Source: Candidatus Aceula meridiana (GTDB taxonomy: Bacteria; Omnitrophota; Gorgyraeia; Zapsychrales; Aceulaceae). Taken from it: a DNA stretch of 64,000 bases. The DNA is taken from the NCBI GenBank assembly GCA_030765185.1, contig JAVCDE010000003.1:38-64037 (forward strand), in the 5' to 3' direction. The position numbers and the translations under genes are program-made. The notes beneath the pieces were generated by a model. The model saw nothing but the letters and a program-made list of their open reading frames with translations. It was not told where the DNA came from and did not search any database. Within the stretch, counting starts at the first letter, position 1; each line of letters begins with the position of its first letter. Positions 38,684-48,633 of this stretch are shown here, piece by piece.

Positions 38684-39162
38684 AAAAAAACTTCGCCATC
38701 ATTTTAGCCTTTATTACAATTAGTTTAGTTTCGACTAGCTGTGATATGAATCCTTTTTCTGCGAAGCAAGAATCTCTTAGGCTTGAAGATGAATCTTTTT
38801 ATATTCAGGATATTGAATTGGCCAAGGCCCTGGTATGGCCGAAACCAAGAGAGATTTCGTTTGAACGTGATGTTTTTCGTCCGCTTGTTGGAGAAGGTGC
38901 TGGATCAGCATCGATAACAGGCAGAACTGGTGAAGAAGGAAACACGCAAGTGGCAGACCTTGATCGATTTGTACTGACTGCAACATTTTTATCAGATAAT
39001 TCTATTGCCTATATTAAGCCGAAGGATGAAGGTAAGGCGTTTTTTGTTCATGTCGGAGAAAAAATAGGCAGTGCTGTTGTTAAAGAAATCAAGCGCAACG
39101 AAGTAATCGTTGAGCTTGAAGGCCAAGAAATATTTTTAAAAATTTTAGGGGGTCAAAAATGA
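38680..39162 (+). CDS. PilP-like lipoprotein
   Basis: Lipobox-like STS-C, RDVFRP, VGEKIG; sits between PilO and the secretin. Confidence 0.62.
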   Translation: MKKNFAIILAFITISLVSTSCDMNPFSAKQESLRLEDESFYIQDIELAKALVWPKPREISFERDVFRPLVGEGAGSASITGRTGEEGNTQVADLDRFVLTATFLSDNSIAYIKPKDEGKAFFVHVGEKIGSAVVKEIKRNEVIVELEGQEIFLKILGGQK

Positions 39163-40964
39163 TAAAATTAAAATATTTATTCTTTATTTTTCTTGTTATT
39201 TTGTTTGCCTTTGCATCCTATCTGCCTGCGGCTTCAGCAGAAGGAAATCGAGGGTTTCTTTATAGTGCTGACGTGAGCACTGACGTGGCTAGTGATGCCG
39301 AGATGGCTAGCGATGTCGAGATGGCTAGTGATGCCGACGTGGCTAGCGATGTCGAGATGGCTAGTGATGTCGAGATGGCTAGTGATGCTGATGCGGTTGG
39401 CGATGCTGACACGGTTAGCAATACTGACGCGGTCGGCGATGTTGAGGCGTTGACTGCTTCTATCTTAGCGGAACGCGATACTGTTCAAGAAATTCAGGCT
39501 GCTTCTTTAAGCGAAGAATATTTAAGGCGAGGAGAAGAAGAAGCTAACAAGCTTGCCATGGAGAGGGTTTCCAAAGAGCCTCAATCAAGGGGGGAAGAGC
39601 TTCCCGTTAAGCAAGCTTTTTGGCAAGAGGCAAAAGTAGAAGTTCCTTTAGAAGAAGAGCTTCAGGAAGATGTCCTTGAGGTGGAAGATTTAGACGAGTG
39701 GGCAGAAGAAGAAGGTGTTCAAGCGCAGGAGCCTGCTGAAGAAGTTGCTGAAGCCGTTGTTGAAGCTGCTCCTCTTAAAAAGGAAGCTCTTTTTGATTTT
39801 ATCGCAGAAAATTCTGAAGAGAGAATTTCATTAGATTTTGATAATATAACTTTAGAGGAGGCGCTTCGGGTAGTAGGCGAAGGAAGCAATATTAATATCG
39901 TTGTTGACCCCTTGGTAAGAGATAAGAAAATTACTCTTCATTTAAAGGATGTTACAGTTCCTGAAGCTTTAAAATTGGTTTTTCAGTCCTATGATTTATC
40001 TTTTTCAAAGACAGGAAATTCGATGTTTGTTTCCACTAAAGATAAAATTATTTCTATGGCATCAATCAATAAGGTTATTCGATTAAAGAATATTAATGCT
40101 GATGATGCTCAAAAACTTGTTAAGGATTTAGCTCAATCTGTTACTGCTGACAAAGGAATTAATGCTTTAGTGATTACTGGAACTGAAGCCCAGGTTGCAG
40201 AGATCGAGCGTATTTTAGCAGAAATTGATGTGTCTCGCAGACAGGTTTTATTGGTTACACAAATTTTAGAGATTGATAAAGATTCTTTGGAGGAACTCGG
40301 TGTGGATTGGTCGGATGAACTTGCATTTTCATTCCAAGAATCTAGATTTGACCCTGATATTGTTGGAACAACGGTCACAGACCCCTTGGATGCTTTTAAC
40401 ATCTATCGCTTCGGCAGAACGCCTATGCAGCTTTCGGCAACAATTAAGATGTTGATTCAAAACAATAAGGCAAAAATTCTTTCAAATCCGAAGATTGCAA
40501 CTATTAGCGGCGAAGAGGCTAGTATTTTTATAGGGGATAGAGTTCCCTACGAGGTGACAAGAATTTCTGGTGGGGTTTCCAATACTGAAGTCGAGTTTGT
40601 TGAAGCTGGCATTCGCTTAAATATTCTTCCTTCAATTATTGAAGAGGACTATGTGGTCGTTAGTGTAAGACCTGAAGTGAGCTTTATCCATTCTTGGCGC
40701 GGAGAAAATGATCAGTATCCATGGGTAAGAACCCGTGAAGCCTCTGCAAGTGTTAAGGTTAAAAATGGAGAGCCTTTTGTTGTGGGTGGCTTAATAAGTG
40801 AAGAAGAAAAAGAAAATATTTACAAAATTCCTGTGTTGGGAGATATTCCATTCTTGGGGGCGCTTTTTCGATACAAGAACACAACGGTAGATAATAAAGA
40901 AATTATTATCACGGTTATTCCACAAATCATGATGGAAGAGCCTCTAACTGCATCAAATATATAG
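39159..40964 (+). CDS. secretin (PilQ/GspD family) with acidic repetitive N-terminus
   Basis: ISLDFDN..LEEAL, QVLL, LSNPKIAT, GIRL.ILP, KIPVLGDIPFLGALF. Confidence 0.92.
   Translation: MIKLKYLFFIFLVILFAFASYLPAASAEGNRGFLYSADVSTDVASDAEMASDVEMASDADVASDVEMASDVEMASDADAVGDADTVSNTDAVGDVEALTASILAERDTVQEIQAASLSEEYLRRGEEEANKLAMERVSKEPQSRGEELPVKQAFWQEAKVEVPLEEELQEDVLEVEDLDEWAEEEGVQAQEPAEEVAEAVVEAAPLKKEALFDFIAENSEERISLDFDNITLEEALRVVGEGSNINIVVDPLVRDKKITLHLKDVTVPEALKLVFQSYDLSFSKTGNSMFVSTKDKIISMASINKVIRLKNINADDAQKLVKDLAQSVTADKGINALVITGTEAQVAEIERILAEIDVSRRQVLLVTQILEIDKDSLEELGVDWSDELAFSFQESRFDPDIVGTTVTDPLDAFNIYRFGRTPMQLSATIKMLIQNNKAKILSNPKIATISGEEASIFIGDRVPYEVTRISGGVSNTEVEFVEAGIRLNILPSIIEEDYVVVSVRPEVSFIHSWRGENDQYPWVRTREASASVKVKNGEPFVVGGLISEEEKENIYKIPVLGDIPFLGALFRYKNTTVDNKEIIITVIPQIMMEEPLTASNI
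39264..39449 (+). repeat. 18-bp coding tandem repeat (ASDVEM/ASDADV units)
   Basis: GCTAG(T/C)GATG(T/C)CGAGATG-like units, about ten copies, degenerating at both ends. Confidence 0.85.
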
Positions 40965-40997
40965 ACTTAAGCGAGTTTCCTTGAGCTTCCCACCGCC

Positions 40998-41030
40998 TTG
41001 CTATCGGTATATATATAGTGTATACTTTTA
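40998..41030 (+). promoter_or_regulatory. promoter of the minor-pilin operon
   Basis: TTGCTA-17-TATACT; contains ATATATATAGTGTATACTTTTA. Confidence 0.55.
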
Positions 41031-41058
41031 ATAACATTTTTATATTTTGGGGGTTTTT

Positions 41059-43284
41059 ATGTCAAGGCAGATATCTTCCGTATATAACAAAAAAGCTTTT
41101 ACCCTTGTCGAAGTTCTCATCAGCATTGTAATTTTATCAGTCACCTTAACGGCTACTTATTTTTCTTTTTCTGCGCTATCGAAGCAAGAAGTACTTTCCC
41201 GTGATCTTCTTACCGCAAAAAATATTTTAACTTCTGAATTTGAAAAAGTTAAGCAAAGAACTTTAAACGAAGAAAACTATTTTGATCAAATCGATGACGA
41301 GACTATGGACGGATCGCTAAGTCCTGTTGATGCTGCAGGGTATCCTGCAGGTTTTTTTCAGGAGAAAAAAGTTTTTTTAGGAGTTAATGGCGATCTTAAG
41401 AAATTTTTTATTGAAGTCCAGTGGACAGAAAGAGGAAAAAATCATTTGATTAATAATGCGTTTTATTTGGCGCTGCCACCATATGCTCTTCCCGGAAACA
41501 TTGCGGGAACTATTACAGCAGGGACAGTAGAGCAGTGTGCCGCAGACCAAGGCTCTTCTCTTTCTGATTCTGATGTCCAGATTCTCCAAGGAGGCGGCTT
41601 TGAAAATAGTTTTGTTAACACTGATGCAAGCGGATATTATGATTTTAGTTCCTTAGCAGAAGGGTCTTTTATTTTACCTCGTGGAAATGACTATCGTCTA
41701 CAAGTCTCTAAAACAGGGTACACAATTTATCGAACGCCGCAAGATAGTCTTATTACAGTTAATGCTGGCGAAGAAACAATCCAGAATGCTTGCCTTACAC
41801 CGGCAGGAAGTGCAACAATTAAAGGATCCGTTGAGGATACTTTGGGGAACCAAATTCTTAATCAAGCTGTTTCCTTGTATCAGGATGGGGAATTTGTTCA
41901 AACAGTTTTTAATGGGGTCAATGGATTTTCTTTTAACGTTCCGATTGAAGAACCAAGTGGAGAGAGTTTTTCCTTGATTACAAGTGGCGAAATAGATAAT
42001 ATTACTAATTCGGGCTTTCCTTTTCAACGAGTTAACGGGGATGAATTTTGTGGGCTTATGTGCCCGGCGATGCCAGGGTGGGATTTTAACTATAGTTATC
42101 GGGGATGGTCATCTGCCGTGTCTTTAAATGAAACCTACACTCTTGGTTCGGGATATATTACTACGGAGTGTTCGAATCCTTGGGTCGGCAGTGAGGACGC
42201 AGACCGCATTTTTGTGCAGCCAGGAGATACAGAAGATCTTGAGAGCATTATCCTTGATCACGTCCCAACAACAACAGTAGCAGGTTTTGTAAGAGAGGGT
42301 AGCTCAAGTGGTCCTGGGGTTGCAGGGGCAGCAATTAGCGGTCGGTGGTGGTGGAATGTTAATCTTTATGATAGCGATACGACAGAGGCAGATGGTTCTT
42401 ATGAACTTGATACTCCAGCGATTCAAGAGCTTTTTCCAGACACTTATTCGTATCATTACAAGATGTCTGTCGAGGCTCCTGTGCCAGAGCCGAATTGTTG
42501 TGATGAAGTAACTCAAACGCAAACTGCGGCTTCAAATTTTAGGCCTCTTTATAAAAATCAAACGGCCAATAAAGATTTTGTTTTTTCAATCGGTGTGCCA
42601 CCTGAATGCGGCGACCTTGGAGGATATGTCCGAGACTCGCAAACAGGTATTAACCTTCAAGGGGCCTCGGTATACGTGTCAGGAGAGGGGCAGGAAAGTA
42701 CTGGAGGAGGAAATGATTTAGGAAAATATCGGTTTGCTTGCGAAAGCTCCCCTAATCCTCCACCGTATTGCCTTGAAGCGAGCGCCAATAGCCGAGGTTA
42801 TCAGGTTTCAAAGAGCGGCTATTATTCTTTGAGAACCTGGTCTGGGTCTTGGCCGTATGTGGGCCTTAATGAATTGATTATCCCGGCCAATCAGGTGACA
42901 ACGGCAGATTTTAGCATTTTAAGGCTCGGCAAGGGTTCTGCCGATGGAACAGTTGTTGATTCTGCGACAAAAGATCCCATCGAGGGGGCGATTGTTCACG
43001 TCTACAGATATTCTGATGATTCTATTACAAAAGTTAGCCAGACTCCAAGCAGCGGATTTTTTAATATTAATAATATTTATGAAAGCTGGCCTAAGCAGGA
43101 GTGGTTTAATGCGGGATGGAATGTACCGCCACAATTTGATCCAGCGCTAGAGCGACATAGAGTTGTTGTTTCAAAAGAAGACTATGAGAGCAAAGAAATT
43201 CTTGATGTCATTATCATTGATGGGCAAACAACGCATTTAGGGACTATCGAACTAGACCCTGTAAGCGTTGGAGGTGGTGTGTAA
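41059..43284 (+). CDS. large minor pilin with carboxypeptidase-regulatory/CnaB-like beta-sandwich repeats (putative tip adhesin)
   Basis: KKA|FTLVE prepilin signal; repeated I.G.V.D..G..I.GA.V and VSK.GY segments; Cys-rich. Confidence 0.8.
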   Translation: MSRQISSVYNKKAFTLVEVLISIVILSVTLTATYFSFSALSKQEVLSRDLLTAKNILTSEFEKVKQRTLNEENYFDQIDDETMDGSLSPVDAAGYPAGFFQEKKVFLGVNGDLKKFFIEVQWTERGKNHLINNAFYLALPPYALPGNIAGTITAGTVEQCAADQGSSLSDSDVQILQGGGFENSFVNTDASGYYDFSSLAEGSFILPRGNDYRLQVSKTGYTIYRTPQDSLITVNAGEETIQNACLTPAGSATIKGSVEDTLGNQILNQAVSLYQDGEFVQTVFNGVNGFSFNVPIEEPSGESFSLITSGEIDNITNSGFPFQRVNGDEFCGLMCPAMPGWDFNYSYRGWSSAVSLNETYTLGSGYITTECSNPWVGSEDADRIFVQPGDTEDLESIILDHVPTTTVAGFVREGSSSGPGVAGAAISGRWWWNVNLYDSDTTEADGSYELDTPAIQELFPDTYSYHYKMSVEAPVPEPNCCDEVTQTQTAASNFRPLYKNQTANKDFVFSIGVPPECGDLGGYVRDSQTGINLQGASVYVSGEGQESTGGGNDLGKYRFACESSPNPPPYCLEASANSRGYQVSKSGYYSLRTWSGSWPYVGLNELIIPANQVTTADFSILRLGKGSADGTVVDSATKDPIEGAIVHVYRYSDDSITKVSQTPSSGFFNINNIYESWPKQEWFNAGWNVPPQFDPALERHRVVVSKEDYESKEILDVIIIDGQTTHLGTIELDPVSVGGGV

Positions 43285-43288
43285 AAGA

Positions 43289-43774
43289 ATGAAAAAACAA
43301 AAGGGACATACTTTAATCGAAATGCTTTTTGTGGTCACGTTAGTTGGTATTGGTATGGTTTTGTTTTCAGCAGTCTTTTTTTCAGGCTGGATAAATTATG
43401 AGGTTAATCTAACGCGGCTTAATCTTCAGGCTCAACTCGACAGCGCTTTAACAATGCTAGAAGAAGATGTCTTAGAAGCAGAGGATTTTCCAACGATTAG
43501 CGGAACAACCAGTATTTTACTTAAGTATCCTAATAGTCCAAATTTTTTAGTTCAACAAAGAACATATCAAATTGATGTTGATGGGAGTCTTATTCGGATT
43601 TCCGGTGCTTCTAGCGAAGTTTTAATTAATCAGCTTTTAGACACAGGAAAATCTCAGTTTTATCAAGATAGTCAAGTAAATAATGTGTTGGTTTGTGATT
43701 TGACATTACAAGAGAGAACCTTTGGCCATCTCGTTGTTGCCAACGGGCAAAAAAAGATTGCAGTAAGAAATTAA
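43289..43774 (+). CDS. minor pilin (PilW-like)
   Basis: KQKG|HTLIE prepilin motif. Confidence 0.8.
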   Translation: MKKQKGHTLIEMLFVVTLVGIGMVLFSAVFFSGWINYEVNLTRLNLQAQLDSALTMLEEDVLEAEDFPTISGTTSILLKYPNSPNFLVQQRTYQIDVDGSLIRISGASSEVLINQLLDTGKSQFYQDSQVNNVLVCDLTLQERTFGHLVVANGQKKIAVRN

Positions 43775-43788
43775 TAGGAGCTTTTTTG

Positions 43789-45084
43789 ATGAAAATTCAT
43801 CGTATATGTAAAGAAAAAAAAGGTTTCACCCTTGTTGCAAGCATCATGGTATCTTTGGTTTTAGGAATTATCATGATGGTTTCTTTTATCCGTGCTGCAT
43901 CTCACATGGGTTTTCTTCGTTCGAGCCAAGATGGCAAAGATGCTCTTTGTGCGGCATTTGTTGGTCTTGAAAACGCCTTGAACCAGTTAAGAACTGACAT
44001 TGACTGGGTTGGAAACCCAGTCGGGACTTTTATTCCGATTGATGAAACCGTTGACGAGAATGTTAAGAATTTTGGAGATTATAATGTTTGGATTGATGTT
44101 GCCGGTACGACATATTCCCCAAATGGCGTATGGAGGCTTATTCCTGCAATTATTACAGGACGCAATTCAATTCAGAATTCAACCCACACAGCAATCAGGC
44201 AGTTAAGTGTTTTGATTAAAGCACAATCCCCTGCAGCTTTTTTTATATCAAGCTTGTCACCTTTAACGATTCAAGCAGGGGCGGATATCGGGTCCAATGT
44301 TTTGGGGCTTGATATTGCCTTTGGCGCAGCGACGGAAGAACACCCGATTAATATTAACAATGGTGGAAATGCCATTTATTTAAGAAATCTTTCCGGAGAA
44401 GATAATCCTAATATTCATTTTAACGGTGATCCTGCAGGAGAAATTAGGCAAAGCGAGCCAATTACCTTTGTCGGGATTGATAAAGACCGGTATATTGATA
44501 ATGCCCAGAATGGTGGTGGATATTATCATCAGGGGGGAGGCACTTTAGTTATTGACAATGCTGTTTTAGATAGAAATAATTATCTTTTTTCAGGTATAGA
44601 TAACGCTGAAAATGGTTTTGTGTATGCTGATGGAGATGTTGAGATTTCTGTCCAGGAAGTCTTAGATCCTATGGTTATTGTCGCTGGCGGGAATATTTAT
44701 ATCACAGGAGATATTAAATATGATAATATTTCTGATCCCTTTCTTGGGGACCAATTGATGCAGTTAGGGTTGTTTGCTAAAGGTGATATTATTATTGAAA
44801 ACCCAGGAGGAGGAGATAGGACTATTGAAGCTTTTCTTTCCTCAGAGGGAAATCTGAAAGCACTGGGGGACAGAAACGAAAACGGGGTGCTTGATTTTTA
44901 TGGGGCTATGGCGATACGCGGAAGGGACGATAATACGGGATCGGCTATTAATCTTTCAACCTTTCAAGACAGGAATTACCGCTACCACAGTGCGCTTCTT
45001 ACAAACAGTCAAATCGAAATGAACTATATGGCAGATGTTGTTGAATGGTCAATTATTGGCGATCCGGTAGACCTTGCCAACTAG
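43789..45084 (+). CDS. PilX/GspK-like minor pilin with extended C-terminus
   Basis: KKG|FTLVAS lacking Glu5; A..AA..GLE.A helix; last gene of the cluster. Confidence 0.7.
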   Translation: MKIHRICKEKKGFTLVASIMVSLVLGIIMMVSFIRAASHMGFLRSSQDGKDALCAAFVGLENALNQLRTDIDWVGNPVGTFIPIDETVDENVKNFGDYNVWIDVAGTTYSPNGVWRLIPAIITGRNSIQNSTHTAIRQLSVLIKAQSPAAFFISSLSPLTIQAGADIGSNVLGLDIAFGAATEEHPININNGGNAIYLRNLSGEDNPNIHFNGDPAGEIRQSEPITFVGIDKDRYIDNAQNGGGYYHQGGGTLVIDNAVLDRNNYLFSGIDNAENGFVYADGDVEISVQEVLDPMVIVAGGNIYITGDIKYDNISDPFLGDQLMQLGLFAKGDIIIENPGGGDRTIEAFLSSEGNLKALGDRNENGVLDFYGAMAIRGRDDNTGSAINLSTFQDRNYRYHSALLTNSQIEMNYMADVVEWSIIGDPVDLAN

Positions 45085-45215
45085 TTTTTTTAACTTAAAA
45101 TGTGAATTCTAGGAATTAGTGAATTAAAAAATTTTTTTATAATTCCATCCTCTTGACAAGTTGCAAGTTCATTTATATCAATTAGTTACATTCCAGCTTG
45201 TTAGAAAGCGCTTTC

Positions 45216-45244
45216 TTGACATCCCGATAGTCGTGTGCTATACT
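45216..45244 (+). promoter_or_regulatory. sigma70 promoter of cvpA-NIF3-dnaG-rpoD
   Basis: TTGACA-17-TATACT with extended -10 TG. Confidence 0.75.
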
Positions 45245-45285
45245 TTGCCCAATCGCAAGCAATTTTACTTATATCATTTTATTTC

Positions 45286-45864
45286 ATGGCTTTAGAAATC
45301 ATTCATAAACTCAATTGGGTGGACCTTGTTATCGGCATTGTTTTAGTTCGGGCGATTTATATCGGATTAAAGCGTGGTTTTGTTGATGAAGTATTTCATC
45401 TAATCGCCGTTGTTGCAACAATTTTTATCACGTTTCATTATTATCCTGAGCTTTCACGCTTCTTAGAGGGCAGAGCATTTTTCAAGTCTGCAATGGCCAA
45501 CACCATTGCCTATCTTTTTTTATGGGGGATTGTTTCTCTCATTGCAAAACTTGTCCGGGATGGAATCCGCATCCTTTTTAAAATCGAAACTAAATCTTTA
45601 ATTAACAAGACTGGTGGGTTAATTGTCGCGCTTTGTCGAGCAGCATTAACCTGTAGCTTGGTAGTTTGGTTTTTATTTATAACAACCAACGAATATGCAG
45701 GGCGCACTGCGAATGCTTCATTCAGTGGGAAAAGATTTGCTCAGGTCGGCTCAGTGACCTATAAAAAGATTTTTACCGGTCTTGTCGAGAAGTATTTTCC
45801 AAGCGAGATAATCAATCAAGACGTTATTTTAAGTCGACGCGATTCTTTACGGCAAAAAAATTAA
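45286..45864 (+). CDS. CvpA family membrane protein
   Basis: NWVD...G.KRGFV.E, NKTGG; four TM helices. Confidence 0.82.
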   Translation: MALEIIHKLNWVDLVIGIVLVRAIYIGLKRGFVDEVFHLIAVVATIFITFHYYPELSRFLEGRAFFKSAMANTIAYLFLWGIVSLIAKLVRDGIRILFKIETKSLINKTGGLIVALCRAALTCSLVVWFLFITTNEYAGRTANASFSGKRFAQVGSVTYKKIFTGLVEKYFPSEIINQDVILSRRDSLRQKN

Positions 45865-45898
45865 TCTAAAAGAACGAATTTTTATCAAAGGATACATA

Positions 45899-46855
45899 TT
45901 GCAACTAAGCGACATCTATCAGTTTTGTGTTAAAGAGGGAATGGCTCAAGATTCTCGAACAAAAAAAGAAGTCGCAAAGAAAATTGTTTTAACCAAGGGG
46001 GCTTATCGAAAACTACCCTCGACTGAAAAAAAGTTTTTTGACAAAGAAAGCTTAAGAAATCCTTATGCGGATACGCGTATTTTATTCGGGGCTTCTAATA
46101 CGCCGGTCAAAAGAATTTTAGTCGGCATTGATATTGGTGTTGGCGAAGTTCTTTTAGCAGATCGCCTTTCGTCTAAGGGTAAGAAGATTGATCTGATTAT
46201 TTCGCACCATCCTTTAGGGGATGCATTGGCGGGTCTTTATGATGTCATGGATCTGCAGGCAGATTTGCTTACGAGATTAGGCATCGAAGAGAGCATTGCT
46301 AGCTCTCTTATGAAAAAACGTATTGGTGAGGTTGAGCGCAGCCTTCATTCATCTAATCACCAAAGGGTTGTAGACGCGGCGAAAAGTTTAGGAATTCCTT
46401 TGATGTGTTGTCATACCGCTGCCGACAATCATGTGGCAACGTATTTGCAGAAACGCATGGATAAGCAAAAACCGAAAACGCTTCAAAGGGTTGTTGATTT
46501 GCTTTTGAAAGAGCCAGAATACAAGCTAGCTGCGGCCAAGAAGGCCGGACCAAAAATTTTAGTTGGAAAGCCGACATGCAGCCCTAAGAAAATTGTTCTG
46601 GATATGACAGGCGGGACTGAGGGCTCTAAAGAAGTTTTTGCGCGTCTTTCGCAAGCAGGCGTTAAGACATTAATTGGCATGCATATGTCGGAGAATCACC
46701 TTAAGAAGGTGAAAGACGAGCACTTGCACGTCGTGATCGCCGGGCATATTGCTAGTGATAATTTAGGGCTGAATTTGCTTTTTGATAAGCTTATCAAAAA
46801 AGATAAAGGTTTAGAAATTTTAGAGTGTTCTGGTTTTAGAAGGGTCAAGCGCTAA
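45899..46855 (+). CDS. NIF3 (NGG1p-interacting factor) family protein
   Basis: NPYADTRIL, GID, ISHHP, HTAADN, DMTGGTEG, AGHIASDNLG. Confidence 0.82.
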   Translation: MQLSDIYQFCVKEGMAQDSRTKKEVAKKIVLTKGAYRKLPSTEKKFFDKESLRNPYADTRILFGASNTPVKRILVGIDIGVGEVLLADRLSSKGKKIDLIISHHPLGDALAGLYDVMDLQADLLTRLGIEESIASSLMKKRIGEVERSLHSSNHQRVVDAAKSLGIPLMCCHTAADNHVATYLQKRMDKQKPKTLQRVVDLLLKEPEYKLAAAKKAGPKILVGKPTCSPKKIVLDMTGGTEGSKEVFARLSQAGVKTLIGMHMSENHLKKVKDEHLHVVIAGHIASDNLGLNLLFDKLIKKDKGLEILECSGFRRVKR

Positions 46856-48618
46856 TGGGGCTCATTCCTGAAGATGTCATTGCACAAGTTTTAGATAGGT
46901 CGGATATCACTGAGGTTGTATCAGAGTATCTACCGCTTAAAAAGGCTGGACGGAATTTTAAGGCGTGTTGTCCTTTTCATCATGAAAAAACGCCATCGTT
47001 CGTTGTCAATCGGGATAAACAGATTTTTCATTGTTTTGGCTGTGGGGCTGGTGGAAATGTTGTGAGTTTTGTCATGCAGCATGAGCATATGGATTTTCCA
47101 ACGGCTTTAAAAGTTTTGGCTCAAAAAGCGGGAATTGAGGTTCCAGATGCCTCGGATGAAAGAACACAAAAGACCAAGAGCCTCAAAGAGGCGTTGTTTC
47201 AAGCCAATGATTTAGCTGTCAACTTTTTTCATGACGCGCTTGTTTCGGGAGAAAAAGGAGCCAAAGCTGCTCAAGATTATTTAAAACAGCGTCGGGTAAA
47301 GCTTGAGACTGTCAAGGCATTGAAACTTGGATTTGCCCAGGATCAGTGGGAAGGGCTTATCACACATTTGCGAAATAAAAAGGTTAGTCTTTCTTTGATG
47401 GAAAAATCTGGCCTTGTTGTTGCGAAAGAAAAAGGCGAAGGATTTTACGACCGGTTTCGCGATAGAATTATTTTTCCAATCTTTGATGTACGCAACCGTT
47501 GCATTGGTTTTGGCGCACGCACGATGAGCAAGGATGTTTCTGCAAAGTATATTAATTCACCGGAGACTCTGGTTTATACCAAAGGACATCATCTTTATGG
47601 TTTGCATTTGGTGAAAAACGCTATTGTTCAAAAAGATGTTGCGGTCATTGTTGAAGGTTACATGGATTTTTTAATGCCTTACCAAGAAGGGTTTGAGCCG
47701 ATTGTTGCTTCTTTAGGGACTGCGTTAACAACAGAGCAGATTCGGCTTTTAAGACGCTATACAAAAAATGTTGTGATGCTCTTTGATTCAGATGCTGCCG
47801 GAGAATCGGCCATGATGCGTAGTCTGGACACGTTGATTGAGGAAGACATGAACGTTAAAGTCGCTGTTTTAGGTGATGGTCAAGATCCGGATTCTTTTGT
47901 GAGCAAGCACGGAGTTGTTGATTTTCAAAAGCGTATAGACGAGGCTCAAACATTATTTGATTATAAACTGCGCATTCTTACAAAGAAATATGACCGAACA
48001 AGTATCGAAGGTAGAGCTAGGATATCCGCTGAGATGCTTGAGACGATTGCTAAAGTGCGTAACCATATTTTAAAAGAGGGATACGTTCGAAAATTGGCGC
48101 AAGAGCTTTCAGTTTCAGAGCAGGCGTTAGTGCTCGAGATGGAAAAAACGTTTAAAGCTCCTGTTGCCGCAGAAGTGCCGATAAAGAAAAAGACCAGTGG
48201 TCCTGTGCGCATAGTCGAACGCAATCTATTAAGATTGTTACTTGAAGAGGGGGTAACGATTTCTTCAATTCAAGAAGAAGTTAAGATTTCTGATTTTCAG
48301 GATGATCAAGTGCGGCCGATCGTCGAGCAGATTTTTGATTTATCTAACGAGAAAGAGATTGTTAACGCGTCAAAACTTATTCAGTATTTTCATGACCAAG
48401 AGACAGTGAGTTTTCTTTCTGAGCTCATGGCTTCACCGCAGCCGGTGGCGGAGGATAAAGATGTTTTACGAAAAGATTATATTCATAGAATTAAGAGTGA
48501 TAGGCAAAAGCTCGAAAGAAGAACTTTGCGTGACGCAATTGAGGCCGCTGAGGCTAAAGGTGATGAAACGAAATTAAACGAGCTTAAAGAAAAATTTAAT
48601 CAATTAATCAAGAGTTAA
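46855..48618 (+). CDS. dnaG: DNA primase
   Basis: CPFHHEKTPSF, HCFGCG, DRFRDRIIFPI, KYINSPET, VEGYMD, FDSDAAG, DPD. Confidence 0.97.
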   Translation: MGLIPEDVIAQVLDRSDITEVVSEYLPLKKAGRNFKACCPFHHEKTPSFVVNRDKQIFHCFGCGAGGNVVSFVMQHEHMDFPTALKVLAQKAGIEVPDASDERTQKTKSLKEALFQANDLAVNFFHDALVSGEKGAKAAQDYLKQRRVKLETVKALKLGFAQDQWEGLITHLRNKKVSLSLMEKSGLVVAKEKGEGFYDRFRDRIIFPIFDVRNRCIGFGARTMSKDVSAKYINSPETLVYTKGHHLYGLHLVKNAIVQKDVAVIVEGYMDFLMPYQEGFEPIVASLGTALTTEQIRLLRRYTKNVVMLFDSDAAGESAMMRSLDTLIEEDMNVKVAVLGDGQDPDSFVSKHGVVDFQKRIDEAQTLFDYKLRILTKKYDRTSIEGRARISAEMLETIAKVRNHILKEGYVRKLAQELSVSEQALVLEMEKTFKAPVAAEVPIKKKTSGPVRIVERNLLRLLLEEGVTISSIQEEVKISDFQDDQVRPIVEQIFDLSNEKEIVNASKLIQYFHDQETVSFLSELMASPQPVAEDKDVLRKDYIHRIKSDRQKLERRTLRDAIEAAEAKGDETKLNELKEKFNQLIKS

Positions 48619-48633
48619 GTAAACGGGGAGAGA

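Noticed and set aside
39264-39449. Repeats as a CRISPR array
   Set aside because: Contiguous in-frame 18-bp units without spacers, and no cas genes
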